Assembly (NCBI GenBank): GCA_048013815.1
Contig: CM106585.1
Location: forward strand, 23,498,001 to 23,562,000
Source of the DNA: Setoptus koraiensis
Lineage: Eukaryota; Animalia; Arthropoda
Reading direction: 5' to 3'
DNA: 64,000 bases
This document shows positions 23,333 through 33,391 of the stretch, piece by piece. How positions within the stretch are numbered: position 1 is the first letter of the stretch; the number at the start of each line of letters is the position of its first letter. The notes below the pieces were generated by a model. That model saw only the letters and a list, made by a program, of their open reading frames with translations. It was not told the origin of the DNA and ran no database searches. Both the position numbers and the translations under genes were made by a program.

Positions 23333-24523
23333 GATTTGAATATTTTGGATAGTGAATAGTTCCAGTACTTATAATAATATAATAATTTCTGTTTTTCAAG
23401 GTGATGATAAACAACAACAAAATTTACTTTTCCTTTCGTTTCATGTGAAATAACAAAAGGCACTTTTTAGATGTAATGATATAACAGCAGATCTTTGTGA
23501 TAACAAATCAGGGAACACAAAAAGTTTTGTCTGGTTAGGAACAAAATTTTCGCGTCGAGTAATAGTTATGGCAATCAAATACTAAAAACTCGATATAATT
23601 ATTTAGATTCAGATAATGGGCCTCCATCTGAAATTCAATATTTTTAAGGTCGCGTCGGGGTGATGATGTCGTGCAAAGTGGTAAGGTATGAGCCCGCTAA
23701 ACCATAGTATCTGTTGTTGAGAATCTGCTTTGCTAGCCCGAGCTTTTTGGTGCATTTTATTTTTACCTCGGATTATCAAACTTGCCCTATTGGCTACTCC
23801 CAATTATTAAGCTAAACTTACAAATAAACAACATATAAATTGAGCCGGTCAGCTAGTCTGCTACTTCAGAAACAAGTCGGATTCTGTTAGATCTTCGTAA
23901 TCACAGTCTGGATACAGGTTGTAGCGGTCGAGTTGAGTACAAGAAGAAGGGCTAATATTGCTGCTGATATGCTAGACTTATCTATTGAGGTAACAATGAG
24001 GTTATGTTATATATGTATATATATATCTCTCTTCATTCGGTTAATCTCACAGTCTGACCCGTTTGTTAGTACATTTGTTATATTGGTTGAAGGTGATGAT
24101 ATTAAACGAAGATTGCGAAAATGTTTACATGAATATAGAACGATGGATAAAAGAACTCCAGACTAGTGCTGCGGGCAAGGCCACTACTAACAACACTATC
24201 AGCTGATCGAGTTGTTCAATGTGCAATGCGTGTAAACCGGTTCGACTAGAACGGTTATTGATGTTTACCAAGCACCGTTACCTGTGGAAATATCCACTTT
24301 AGGTAGACTCATCCCTTTTCTCTTTAGAATATCGGGTCGGCCCAATATTACATCAAGCCCATCTACCTACTATATTCACCATGAACCATTGCTCAATAAC
24401 ATTATCATGAGGTAAATAGGATAAAACAGATACATCCATCGTTACACTGACGCAGCGATATACGGTATTAATGCGGTGGAAGTGCACATACCTTTCTATC
24501 AGCACTCATCCTGGAACTACTTT

Positions 24524-25152
24524 ATTGAGAATCCGACAGCAGTCTATGCCGAGGCTTTCCCCGGGATGAACACAATATCTCATTGAGCAAATCATCAGAA
24601 CTCACATCGATGGAAGGATAGTTCTGCCAACGTCATTTGTATACCTCGTATGGAGATTGCTCTAGACACAACCGGAACTGGATATTTTTTCTTAACTATT
24701 TCAAATATTTGAAGACGTTAAAAGTTTAAAGTTGGTTCTGAAGGTTTACAATCAATCAGAGATTTATAGATTGCAGATCATTGAGACAAATCTACAGAAC
24801 AAGCGATTCCCCCAAGTATCACATGGACGATTTTATCGATAATCTTCTACACCATGATCGTGACATTGATGGTCTTGCCTTCTATCACTCAACGCGATGT
24901 GCTGAAATTGAACACTGACTTCAAGCCATTTACATCTGGGATGGGAAACACAATCATGCAATTTTCATCCAACTTGCCACCGGAGGCTTGTCACGGCAAT
25001 AGCCGAAGGTCATCATCGAAGAAAGATTCCCGTCATCACCACCGTCGTCATGATCACGGCGAATCTAGTGTTAAACATAGTGATAAACTAAGTGATGAGT
25101 TGACGAAGCAAACGCCTGGTGAGATAAACTAGGCTTGAAACCCTTGCGTTGA
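24524..25152 (+). pseudogene. PRPF38A-ps: Decayed paralogue of PRPF38A (copy of 47624-48394)
   Basis: Colinear similarity to the intact gene, for example aatccgacagcagtctatgcc vs aatcgaacagcagtctacgcc, caaccggaactggatat vs caacctgaactggatat, YHMDDFIDNLLHHDR vs YHMDEFIDDLLHEDR, and aaactaggcttgaaacccttgcgttga vs aaactaggtttgaaacccttgcgctga. The start codon is lost (att), and there are internal deletions and frameshifts near 24870 and 25100. Confidence 0.9.
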
Positions 25153-25955
25153 TGTAACTTTACACTCCACATGTGTTTTGTTATAAAGTGGTGTATTGTA
25201 GTGGTGACAATAACGACGCTTCCAGTTACATACTATCTATTAAGATACAAAAATGTTATTGGATGATACATGCAGATGGTGACGATTGAGACACAAAACG
25301 CCTTGAACTCAATTAATCTTTACATGAATGCTCACCATCCAACTATAAATAATACTATAACCATAAGGCTCATCCAAAATGGCGGAATTTACTAAATATG
25401 CCATTAGAATTTGCAGCTTGTCAGCTCATTTTAATTTGTGATACTATTTCAGACAATCAGCGCACACTCCAAAACTCTGTTAGAGAGCTATCTATCTAGC
25501 TTTTGCTTTAGCTCTCACTCCCTTTCTCTTTCTCTCTCATGCCCTCTCTCAGTACAAAGAAATTGTTAGCTAGGCGCTGTCCATAACAAATACCATACAG
25601 TGATGCTTTAGACCAAGGCAATGAAATATATACTGCCATTTATTTATTTGTTGTTCATATCACATTCGCACCAAAATTACATTATATCAATAATTAGCAA
25701 GTTGTTGTTTAAAAGTTAATCTCCACGAATACAATTTTCAAAGCAAAAAAAAAGAAGAATAAGTGATTTCATCGACAAACACTAAAGCCGGTTACTTCGC
25801 GGATACCTGTGAATATTTATTGTTTAATCTTTGGCTTTCAGGACATAGCGACATCGTAATTCGATCATTGTTATTATAAACTAAGAGCGAAATTCAATTT
25901 TCGGAACCATTTTATTTTGAATTGTTAAAAATCAAAGAGAAAGTTTAAAGTCATA

Positions 25956-26276
25956 ATGTCCTCTCAGAACGCAGACACTCCATCAAAAGCGCAGCCTAAA
26001 TTAGAGGCTAACATCGAAATTGATATCAGTAATGACAATGACAATACATTGAATGATGAACCCAACAAGATGGGCATGGGAACTACCAACTCAAGAGTAG
26101 GACTCAACAAAGAGGAGCTAATGCGGTACGCAAATCAACCTTTCTGGAACAATTTGAGGAATGGTCTATTTGCATCGTTCTGGATTGTTTGGTTTTCCAT
26201 ATTGTTCGCAGCAATCGCTATTGTTTGGAAATCTCAAGGGCAAGATTGTCCGAAGCAGCTGCCCAAGAGCGAATAA
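25956..26276 (+). CDS. Mini-protein consisting only of the SLC3A2/CD98hc (4F2hc) cytoplasmic + transmembrane N-terminal domain
   Basis: GLNKEELMRYANQPFWNNLRNGLFASFWIVWFSILFAAIAIVWKSQGQDC matches the SLC3 N-terminal signature GL(T/S)KEEL...PFW..R..LF..FW..W..ML..A..II....C. The stop comes 8 codons after the Cys. Confidence 0.8.
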   Translation: MSSQNADTPSKAQPKLEANIEIDISNDNDNTLNDEPNKMGMGTTNSRVGLNKEELMRYANQPFWNNLRNGLFASFWIVWFSILFAAIAIVWKSQGQDCPKQLPKSE

Positions 26277-26321
26277 TTTGGATAAAAAGCATTTAGAGGC
26301 AAGACAAACAGAGGAAAAATG

Positions 26322-28030
26322 TTAGGAATTGACCAAATTTTTCTCTTCATTGGTAGGATTTTGAGCGGACAGATTGATTATAATCGATTTCATGAATGCT
26401 GCAGCCACCAGTGCTGAATATTGTTGCCATTCCTTCTTTTTTCTTCCATCTCTGTAATCGCTCACTCCGCGAATGAAAATAAAACTCTCTTTCCTATTGC
26501 CATAGATAGAATCCAAAACAGCGTCAAATTCCGAATCAAATGCTAGAACACCAAACTTTTCAATCATACTCTGACGTAGCGTATCTCTTTTCACCACGGC
26601 CCTACCAGAGCCGATAGGTCCAAAATGGCACATTGGTCTGCCTTGTTTTCTCAAGTCGATGTCATTCTCGTTGGCTTCGGGATGACTAACCTCAATGACA
26701 TCTTTGACACCAAGTGGTATGTAGAGTTTGTCTGTGTCATGAGACGGCCTGGAGGCATCAATGTTTTCTTCTTTGAGCGATTCAATACCCTCATCAATGT
26801 ATCTCTCCCAGCAACGTTCGCTCTCATTCTCTAGTCCATCTAACCACAAATGTCTGGCTGAATGTTGCAATTGAAGGTTATCAGGACACCAGAAACGGTA
26901 GTGATAATTGTGCAGACTAGTTGAGTTATCCAACTCGGCATTACTATTATCTGCGTCAGTGTAATTTTGTTCTTCACAATGTACGTAGATGTAGTTGTTG
27001 TCTGATCGATTGGTATTACTAGAATCAGGAGACACTGAATTGCTGTTGGGGATGCTGGATACAACTATATCGCCCAATCGAACGTGTGACGAGAATTCTG
27101 TATAGTTTGCAACACCGCCACTACAGCCAATCAAAAATATATATTCCAATTGTTGAAACGTCCCCAATAAGCGTGTCGTTGTATTTCCGGCAGCAATGAG
27201 TGCATTGCGCGAATTACCCACCGCTGGTAACTTTGTGGATACCACCTGATAGTCGCCAACATTACCCAAAGTATAGACATAGTTTGAGGTCTCACTTTCC
27301 GCCTTATAACGGAAATAGGTGTCTTTGTTTGAGATCATTGAATCCACCGCTAGTTTCTCGCAATTCTGAGATGTGATAATGGCTATGACTGGCTGATTAG
27401 ATTTGATTTTTAAGATTGGTTTCTCTGGACAGTTGGTTTCAATTATGTTTAGTTCTTCACAAATGCTACCATCTATTGATGAGCTTCGCGATGTTGGTAG
27501 CTCAGAGTCGTCGTTGGGTAATTGTTTCAAGTCCAGCTCCATTCTGTCCACTGTTGTGTACTGGTGCTTGAGAAGGCGCATAACTCGCATGATGAAACCA
27601 ACATAATTTTTCGGAAATTGATCGTCTTCGTTGCCAACTAGCTTGGTAAAGAATTCGTGCGCTATCTTCGAATGATTCAGACATTTAGTTTGGTCCTTGT
27701 CGGGCACTGGAGAAGTTGCGTTCTGTTGTGTTGCTTGTTGGCCATTGTTGTTGGCACCACTGAACCAAAATTTGAGTGTCCTATGTTCTAGTGTTGATTT
27801 GTTAGTTTCTGAATTGATTAAATGAACTTTGAACGATATGCTGAAATTTGGCAATTCGCTTGGTGCAAAATTGGCAATATTAGTGGGTTTATTGATGACA
27901 ATGCCAGCATTGTCGCCCTCTGCTATATGCGCTGCAGCTAGCTTGAGTTCCGGTGTCCAATCGCTTGCCTTGACCCGAACTATATTGAGCAAGGTGTGAC
28001 CCGGTTGAACCGGGTACGGCGTCATCATTA
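26322..28030. repeat. Segmental duplicate of 49015-50714 (same orientation)
   Basis: By-eye alignment gives about 18 substitutions and one 9-nt indel over 26322-27850, then about 40 substitutions in about 170 nt over 27851-28030. Confidence 0.97.
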
Positions 28031-28052
28031 TGACATTCTTTTCTTCTTTCAT
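26322..28052 (-). CDS. Nucleoside phosphorylase (PNP/UDP/MTAN-like) fold protein with an N-terminal domain of unknown function, copy 1
   Basis: 576-aa ORF. The C-terminal domain has IAIITSQNCEKLAV, FLIGCSGGV, VRLGDIVVS, HFGPIGSG, VLAFDSEFDAV and FIFIRGVSDYRD, in the order expected for the PNP_UDP_1 fold. An upstream exon is possible but not identified. Confidence 0.85.
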   Translation of the reverse strand: MKEEKNVIMMTPYPVQPGHTLLNIVRVKASDWTPELKLAAAHIAEGDNAGIVINKPTNIANFAPSELPNFSISFKVHLINSETNKSTLEHRTLKFWFSGANNNGQQATQQNATSPVPDKDQTKCLNHSKIAHEFFTKLVGNEDDQFPKNYVGFIMRVMRLLKHQYTTVDRMELDLKQLPNDDSELPTSRSSSIDGSICEELNIIETNCPEKPILKIKSNQPVIAIITSQNCEKLAVDSMISNKDTYFRYKAESETSNYVYTLGNVGDYQVVSTKLPAVGNSRNALIAAGNTTTRLLGTFQQLEYIFLIGCSGGVANYTEFSSHVRLGDIVVSSIPNSNSVSPDSSNTNRSDNNYIYVHCEEQNYTDADNSNAELDNSTSLHNYHYRFWCPDNLQLQHSARHLWLDGLENESERCWERYIDEGIESLKEENIDASRPSHDTDKLYIPLGVKDVIEVSHPEANENDIDLRKQGRPMCHFGPIGSGRAVVKRDTLRQSMIEKFGVLAFDSEFDAVLDSIYGNRKESFIFIRGVSDYRDGRKKKEWQQYSALVAAAFMKSIIINLSAQNPTNEEKNLVNS

Positions 28053-28403
28053 ATTGTTTCGCTGACAAATAGATGGCTGGCAGTGATATTGAGCGATATC
28101 CTCTTTTTGTGGCCACGTTTGATGATTGGCAATGGCAAAATGAATTCACCGACTAGACTGACAAAGTTTTCCGTATAGTTATCTTGTTTGTGTGTTTCGT
28201 TATCTCGATGCTATCTCATCTGGAATTCAAATGACGAATGAGATGGTATGGATAGATTTACGAGTCCATTAGTAGGTACAAATGTGTTCGCGATGCATTC
28301 GGAGAAGCATCGCCAGCTAAAGAGGAGCGAACGCATATAAAATGCCATCAACTTCCATCATATAAACGGGCATTCGAAACATATACTAACGGGCACTAAC
28401 AAT

Positions 28404-28409
28404 CACACA

Positions 28410-28460
<51 letters not shown>
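28404..28460. repeat. Interrupted (CA)n microsatellite
   Basis: Two CA runs separated by tcg, seen directly. Confidence 0.95.
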
Positions 28461-29377
28461 GCTCACAGGCACACTCATATATACACAATCTCTATATCGG
28501 ACATATACGTAAACAACCAAAGAGCTGCCGCCCAAACTCACATCTGGTCCCCGCGATTGGCGATTCGAAGTCGCAGTTCGAAATTCCGTGCAATACTGTG
28601 CTTTTGGGCGCTCTTACGCGAACCAAACAAAACTGGCACCACAGGCGACCACCGTGTCGACTACACACTCAGTGTCGACACATCTAAGATTAATACTCTA
28701 ATACGTACAGTGTATACAGTCCACGTACAGTGTAACTTGCAGATTGTGTAAGGCACCACAGTTTGTCGATGTTGCTGTTGCTGTGGTTGTTGTATAATGC
28801 CTAAGACACGACACCCTACATCTGGCATATGCACTTTTGCAGCTCAGACACGAACATGTACCGTGCTTCCATGTAGATCATCATTGCAGATATAGCAACA
28901 AAACACAGAAATAATAATGTATATATCGACGCTCTCATTTCTTCGTCTCTTTTTACACTTTTCCCTCGCTCTCAATCTAGCTCAATAGTACAGACACAGT
29001 CCGCCCTCACGTGAACATTTTTCCGATCACGACAACTCCACGGCAACTCGAGTAATTGAACCTATTTATTTCTATCCACTTGAAGCTTTCTGTTAGCTTT
29101 TGGTAACTAAAGAGTCATGCGGGGATTATTTTATGTTATATTATGTGATAATTGAAATCAGTTTGAAAACGTACTTATTTGTTGTTATATTTCAACAAGT
29201 TTACTGTTATCATGATAACAAGTGTCGCATAATCAAACAAAAGGTTTGTTTGGATTTATCAATGAATAACACTAAAACAAAACATGTTGTATAGGTTGTT
29301 TGTTTGTTTGCTTGTTTATTCAAACAGACAGATAAGAGGAATATGTATTACATGAAAATTTTCCCAACGCGGACACT

Positions 29378-30052
29378 CTACGTTACGCATTTAGTAACAT
29401 AGTTTGCTACTTGCCAATCACCCTTAAATTGTTTTGGACCCTCAATAGTGACACCCTCTTGCTTTATGATTGCCATCTGATATCTTGGCAATGAACGGGC
29501 ATCTCTGTAGTATAGAACCTCAAGACATTTTTCCATCATTTCCCTGGCCTGTTGCTCAGTAGGCAAACTTGTGTTGTTCTCTGTGAATTCTCTTAATAAT
29601 GGTTGCGCTAAGTAAAGACCGAATCCAGTAGCAATCACATTGGATTTATATGTGGTGCCTAATTTGTCGACAAAGCCAATATAGGGCTCTAATCCTTCTG
29701 GTGTTTCTTGTAAACCAGCTACTATCCACGTACACCAAAGTGGCTCAAATTTTGATCTTCTATTGTAGGCTACTCGGCTAAGCCACGAATGTAATGCTGC
29801 TGGCTTCAAATGAAACCCGTCGTTCCATTGTTCTTCGTCTATTTGTTTTTGTGTTATGACATCCGATATGAATTGATAATCGGCATAATCACCGCTGCCC
29901 GCCACAACAATACGATCGTTCACCTTGAGAATTCTTTCACAGTTCCTGAATCGGGCCATCGATCCATAAGACACTAGTGTGTCAGCTGCAACTATTACAC
30001 CACCCTGGAAGGCTAGTCCCAATATCGAGGTGCCGGTGGTTGAACCAGACAT
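29378..30052 (-). CDS. PSMB4: Proteasome subunit beta type-4 (beta7)
   Basis: TGTSILG...GGVIVAADTLVSYGSMARFRNCERI...GSGDYADYQ...WLSRVAYNRRSKFEPLW...VDKLGT...ATGFGLYLAQPLLRE...VLYYRDARS. Confidence 0.96.
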   Translation of the reverse strand: MSGSTTGTSILGLAFQGGVIVAADTLVSYGSMARFRNCERILKVNDRIVVAGSGDYADYQFISDVITQKQIDEEQWNDGFHLKPAALHSWLSRVAYNRRSKFEPLWCTWIVAGLQETPEGLEPYIGFVDKLGTTYKSNVIATGFGLYLAQPLLREFTENNTSLPTEQQAREMMEKCLEVLYYRDARSLPRYQMAIIKQEGVTIEGPKQFKGDWQVANYVTKCVT

Positions 30053-30458
30053 GCTTGTATCTCGTGAACTTATCTGTCTATGACTGTGTCAGTTGATGCG
30101 GTAGTTGATTGGTGATAGTAGCTGATTAATATTGCTGTAAATATATTAGTAATAATAGTTAGTCATTTATTTATTTTATATTTATTTTACATCTCATTCA
30201 TTCGATGAATATCTCTCATAATCATGCTCACGTATATTGCTCACGTATGATGCGCAGTGAATGAGCGCTCTTTTCAAAAATAATTAGCATCATTCATTGC
30301 GCATTACAAAGGGCAGAGACAAGTGCTTTTCCCCTTGTGTAATATATACATGAACACGATTGTATGTCGACACAATATCGTGCACAATGCGTGATCACCG
30401 ATGAGTGCATAGTCAATTGATGGTATAATCGCAATTGATTCGCATTTTTGTTTTGAAA

Positions 30459-30863
30459 ATGACATTCTTACACTTGTCTTATTTACACCAGATTAGCAAC
30501 CTAATCAAGGATGATAGCAAGCTCTTGGCCGCATTCTATAATTACACAGCAAAAAAGATAACACTTAAACATACTGTCAAAGTCAAAGGTGATATTAAAA
30601 CAAGCCTTTGCAAATTTTGTTCATCACCTATAACAATTGAAAACTTGACTATAATTAAAAATCACAACACAAATAATAACAACGGCGACAACAGCAACCA
30701 CAAAAACAACAACAAAATAAGCAACAATGATAAAAACAACATTAATAAAGACGACAACGACATCATCATCGTCAAAGCTAAGAACAGAAGAAAAAAAAGA
30801 AACAGATATAAGATTATTTCATCATGTCCTTTGTGCAAAACAAACAGAAAATTCATCTTGTAG
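30459..30863 (+). CDS. RPP21: RNase P/MRP subunit Rpp21/Rpr2 family Zn-ribbon protein
   Basis: ATG 30459. The pattern LSYLHQ...LAAFY...IKTSLCKFC...SCPLCKTNRKF shows two CxxC pairs with the RPP21 spacing, separated by an Asn/Asp/Lys-rich low-complexity insert. Confidence 0.82.
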   Translation: MTFLHLSYLHQISNLIKDDSKLLAAFYNYTAKKITLKHTVKVKGDIKTSLCKFCSSPITIENLTIIKNHNTNNNNGDNSNHKNNNKISNNDKNNINKDDNDIIIVKAKNRRKKRNRYKIISSCPLCKTNRKFIL

Positions 30864-31096
30864 CAAAACATCATACAGAAAAACAGATAGAAGATTTGCA
30901 GACATTCTCCAATCTTTAATGGTTGCTAAGATTTTTTTAGCCTTTTATTTTGCCTTATGCTTTTTAAGTATTACATCTTATTTAATCATAAACGCGAAAA
31001 GAAAACTATCAAGTATCATCAGAGGCCAGAGGACGCCTCACCGAAGGCATCCCATCACACATAATGTGTTATTATACGGACACATACACCATCACA

Positions 31097-33391
31097 TTAG
31101 GTACGATGATAGGCACTGAAGGGCATGGTCGGTAAAGGCGGTGGTGGATAATAGTAATCAGTGCTAGATGAAGACGCCGGTTGCTGAGGGACGGCACTTT
31201 CGCCGGCAACGCTACTGCTAACATTAGATTGACCACCTTCCAATGATTTTAATAGCTCCTCACGTTCCGTTTTTCTGGCATAACAAAAATCGTCCACCTT
31301 CGTTTGAAGACTTACCAACAATTGTGTTAAATCATTGTAAAATTTTGTACCCTCCTGTAGGTGGCGCAACAAATCATTAAACGCATCATGAGCAGCCGCT
31401 AGTTTACTGAAAAACATATCTCTGCCAGAGGCCGATGAACTGCCGCCACCCTTGAGGTCGGCAAAGTCCTCATTAGCTGCTTTAATTTCCTTTACAAGCT
31501 CATTTTGACGGTCATTTGTTTCGCGGACAGATCTTTGTAGAGGCGCGAAAGCGTGTCCTATTGCCTCTGCGATCATAGCGGTATCGTTCAAAGTTCCTTC
31601 ACTGGCGGAAGCCTCCATGAATTTGTTTTTCATGTGCTCGAAGTCTGCATTCTTGAATTTCTGAATCAACTCTTCGCGCTCAGATTTGAGAGCGTTTACG
31701 TCGTACATCAGTTGCTTGAGCTTTATAACACAAGGTGAATTTGAATAATTGTGACCTTGATACCCTGTCGGTATAGCCTCGGCTATGGCTGTTTTGGAAT
31801 CATTCGATAGTAGTAAGATCTCCTTTTCATGATTTTGAAATTTCTCTTTAACTTTCATATCTGCAGCAACTGCATTTCTTATAACATCACGGTATTTGGA
31901 GGAATACTCTTTCCACGATTTGTTGAGAACCGATGATGGAGTTCGTGTCCATTTATCTTTAAATCTAGCGCGAAGTTCATCATCTCTTTGTTCTTCGTTT
32001 TTGAGCGAGGTATCAATTTCTTCCAAGATCTCCTTGTTGCGCTGCAGAAGCTCCGGGAGCTCTTGGATCAATCTTTGGACATAATTGTAACCTCCTTTTT
32101 GGCGAACGTATTTCGCCTTATCTTGTAGAGATTGTGGTAGATCGACACCTGGAGCATCTTCAAGGGAAGCAGGCAGATTAAGTGAGGCCAGAACAGCATT
32201 GAGAGCAGTGGTTTGTTCTTGGATTGTTGTCACTTCAACACCGACAGTTTCTTGTTTCTTCGCCTCAAGCTTCTGCCAAGCTTGTTGAACACTTAATGGG
32301 AGCATTCCTTCGAACAGATCAGTTGTTTCGGGTAAGAATTTTCCAGGTGGGGGTGCTGGTCGAGCTAAAGCTAACTTTTCGATTGGTTCCAACAGTCTGT
32401 ATTCTGGCACTCTAGCATGGTAAATAAAATCGTTATCCTTAACTGCGGACTCGTGTCTCTTTTGTGTCTTTTTGTAATAAGCTTCAGCTATGCCCGTGAT
32501 TGGCGCTGCACTTTTCGCCTCCGCCTGTTGAAAAGATTCAACTGCATGCTGCAATCTAGCAATTTCTTCGCCAAAATTCTTTCCCTCCGCAACTACTAGT
32601 GCTTGGTGGTACTGCGCTATAGCAGAAAAAAATAGATGCTTACAATAGATTGCGCTCAACCACTCTTTTTCTGGCCAGGTCGATTTGATGATTTGAATAA
32701 GTTTGTAACTTTCTGAATAAAACTCTGAGCATTGGTTTGCAACTTTCGCAAGTATGGCATCAGTCATATTGTTTTGCATTGCCTTCAAGAATACTGACTC
32801 CTGTGCTTGTGCGAGCATGATATAATGTAGAATATCTAGCACCGAACTATTTAGATCAACTACCGAACTAGATTTTGTTCCAATAGCGGCTGGGGCCGAG
32901 ACTTTTAAGTCTAGGAATAAACCAGCAGCTGATTGAAAATATTTGGCTGCAAGCTGAAGAGCGTGCTCATTTTTAACATCTTCATTGAGTGAAGTAGCGG
33001 CTATATCAGACAACGATGAGGCTATATTGAAGAGAATGCAAACTTTCTCGTATGCCAGACTTTGTATGATCAATGATGGTGAGGACGAAAGGAAATAGCC
33101 ACCTTTATCGAACGCGTCCTTCCATTTAAAGTTCACAGATACCTCATTGACTGGACATTTGTTGGAGAATAGTTTTAATTGGTCATAGTAACGTTGTAAT
33201 GCCGTCAATGTAGCTGTTGACTTCGATTCGATTCCTTTAGCGGTGCAATCTTTTCTGAGGCGATTCAATTCTTGAATTGATTGGATATAGGCTTCATCAT
33301 TACCATAATAGGTGGAAATCAGATTCTTCAGTGGCACTACCAAGTCTACGTCAGAGGTTCTTTTAGCGGGTACGCCAATAAAAGAAGACAT
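31097..33391 (-). CDS. PDCD6IP: ALIX / programmed cell death 6-interacting protein (BRO1 + V domain, short Pro-rich tail), intronless
   Basis: MSSFIGVPAKRTSDVDLVVPLK...FKWKDAF...YEKVCILFNIAS...AAKYFQSAAG...IMLAQAQE...KDNDFIYHARVP...LASLNLPASLED...LQEGTKFYNDLTQLL...DFCYARKTEREEL. Confidence 0.96.
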   Translation of the reverse strand: MSSFIGVPAKRTSDVDLVVPLKNLISTYYGNDEAYIQSIQELNRLRKDCTAKGIESKSTATLTALQRYYDQLKLFSNKCPVNEVSVNFKWKDAFDKGGYFLSSSPSLIIQSLAYEKVCILFNIASSLSDIAATSLNEDVKNEHALQLAAKYFQSAAGLFLDLKVSAPAAIGTKSSSVVDLNSSVLDILHYIMLAQAQESVFLKAMQNNMTDAILAKVANQCSEFYSESYKLIQIIKSTWPEKEWLSAIYCKHLFFSAIAQYHQALVVAEGKNFGEEIARLQHAVESFQQAEAKSAAPITGIAEAYYKKTQKRHESAVKDNDFIYHARVPEYRLLEPIEKLALARPAPPPGKFLPETTDLFEGMLPLSVQQAWQKLEAKKQETVGVEVTTIQEQTTALNAVLASLNLPASLEDAPGVDLPQSLQDKAKYVRQKGGYNYVQRLIQELPELLQRNKEILEEIDTSLKNEEQRDDELRARFKDKWTRTPSSVLNKSWKEYSSKYRDVIRNAVAADMKVKEKFQNHEKEILLLSNDSKTAIAEAIPTGYQGHNYSNSPCVIKLKQLMYDVNALKSEREELIQKFKNADFEHMKNKFMEASASEGTLNDTAMIAEAIGHAFAPLQRSVRETNDRQNELVKEIKAANEDFADLKGGGSSSASGRDMFFSKLAAAHDAFNDLLRHLQEGTKFYNDLTQLLVSLQTKVDDFCYARKTEREELLKSLEGGQSNVSSSVAGESAVPQQPASSSSTDYYYPPPPLPTMPFSAYHRT

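Noticed and set aside
24150-24345. Possible decayed PRPF19 remnant upstream of the PRPF38A pseudogene (ctccaga.tagtgc, gatcgagtt and ttagaatatcgggt resemble 46888-47077)
   Set aside because: Only three short seeds with inconsistent spacing, which cannot be distinguished from chance by eye. It needs a sensitive local alignment.
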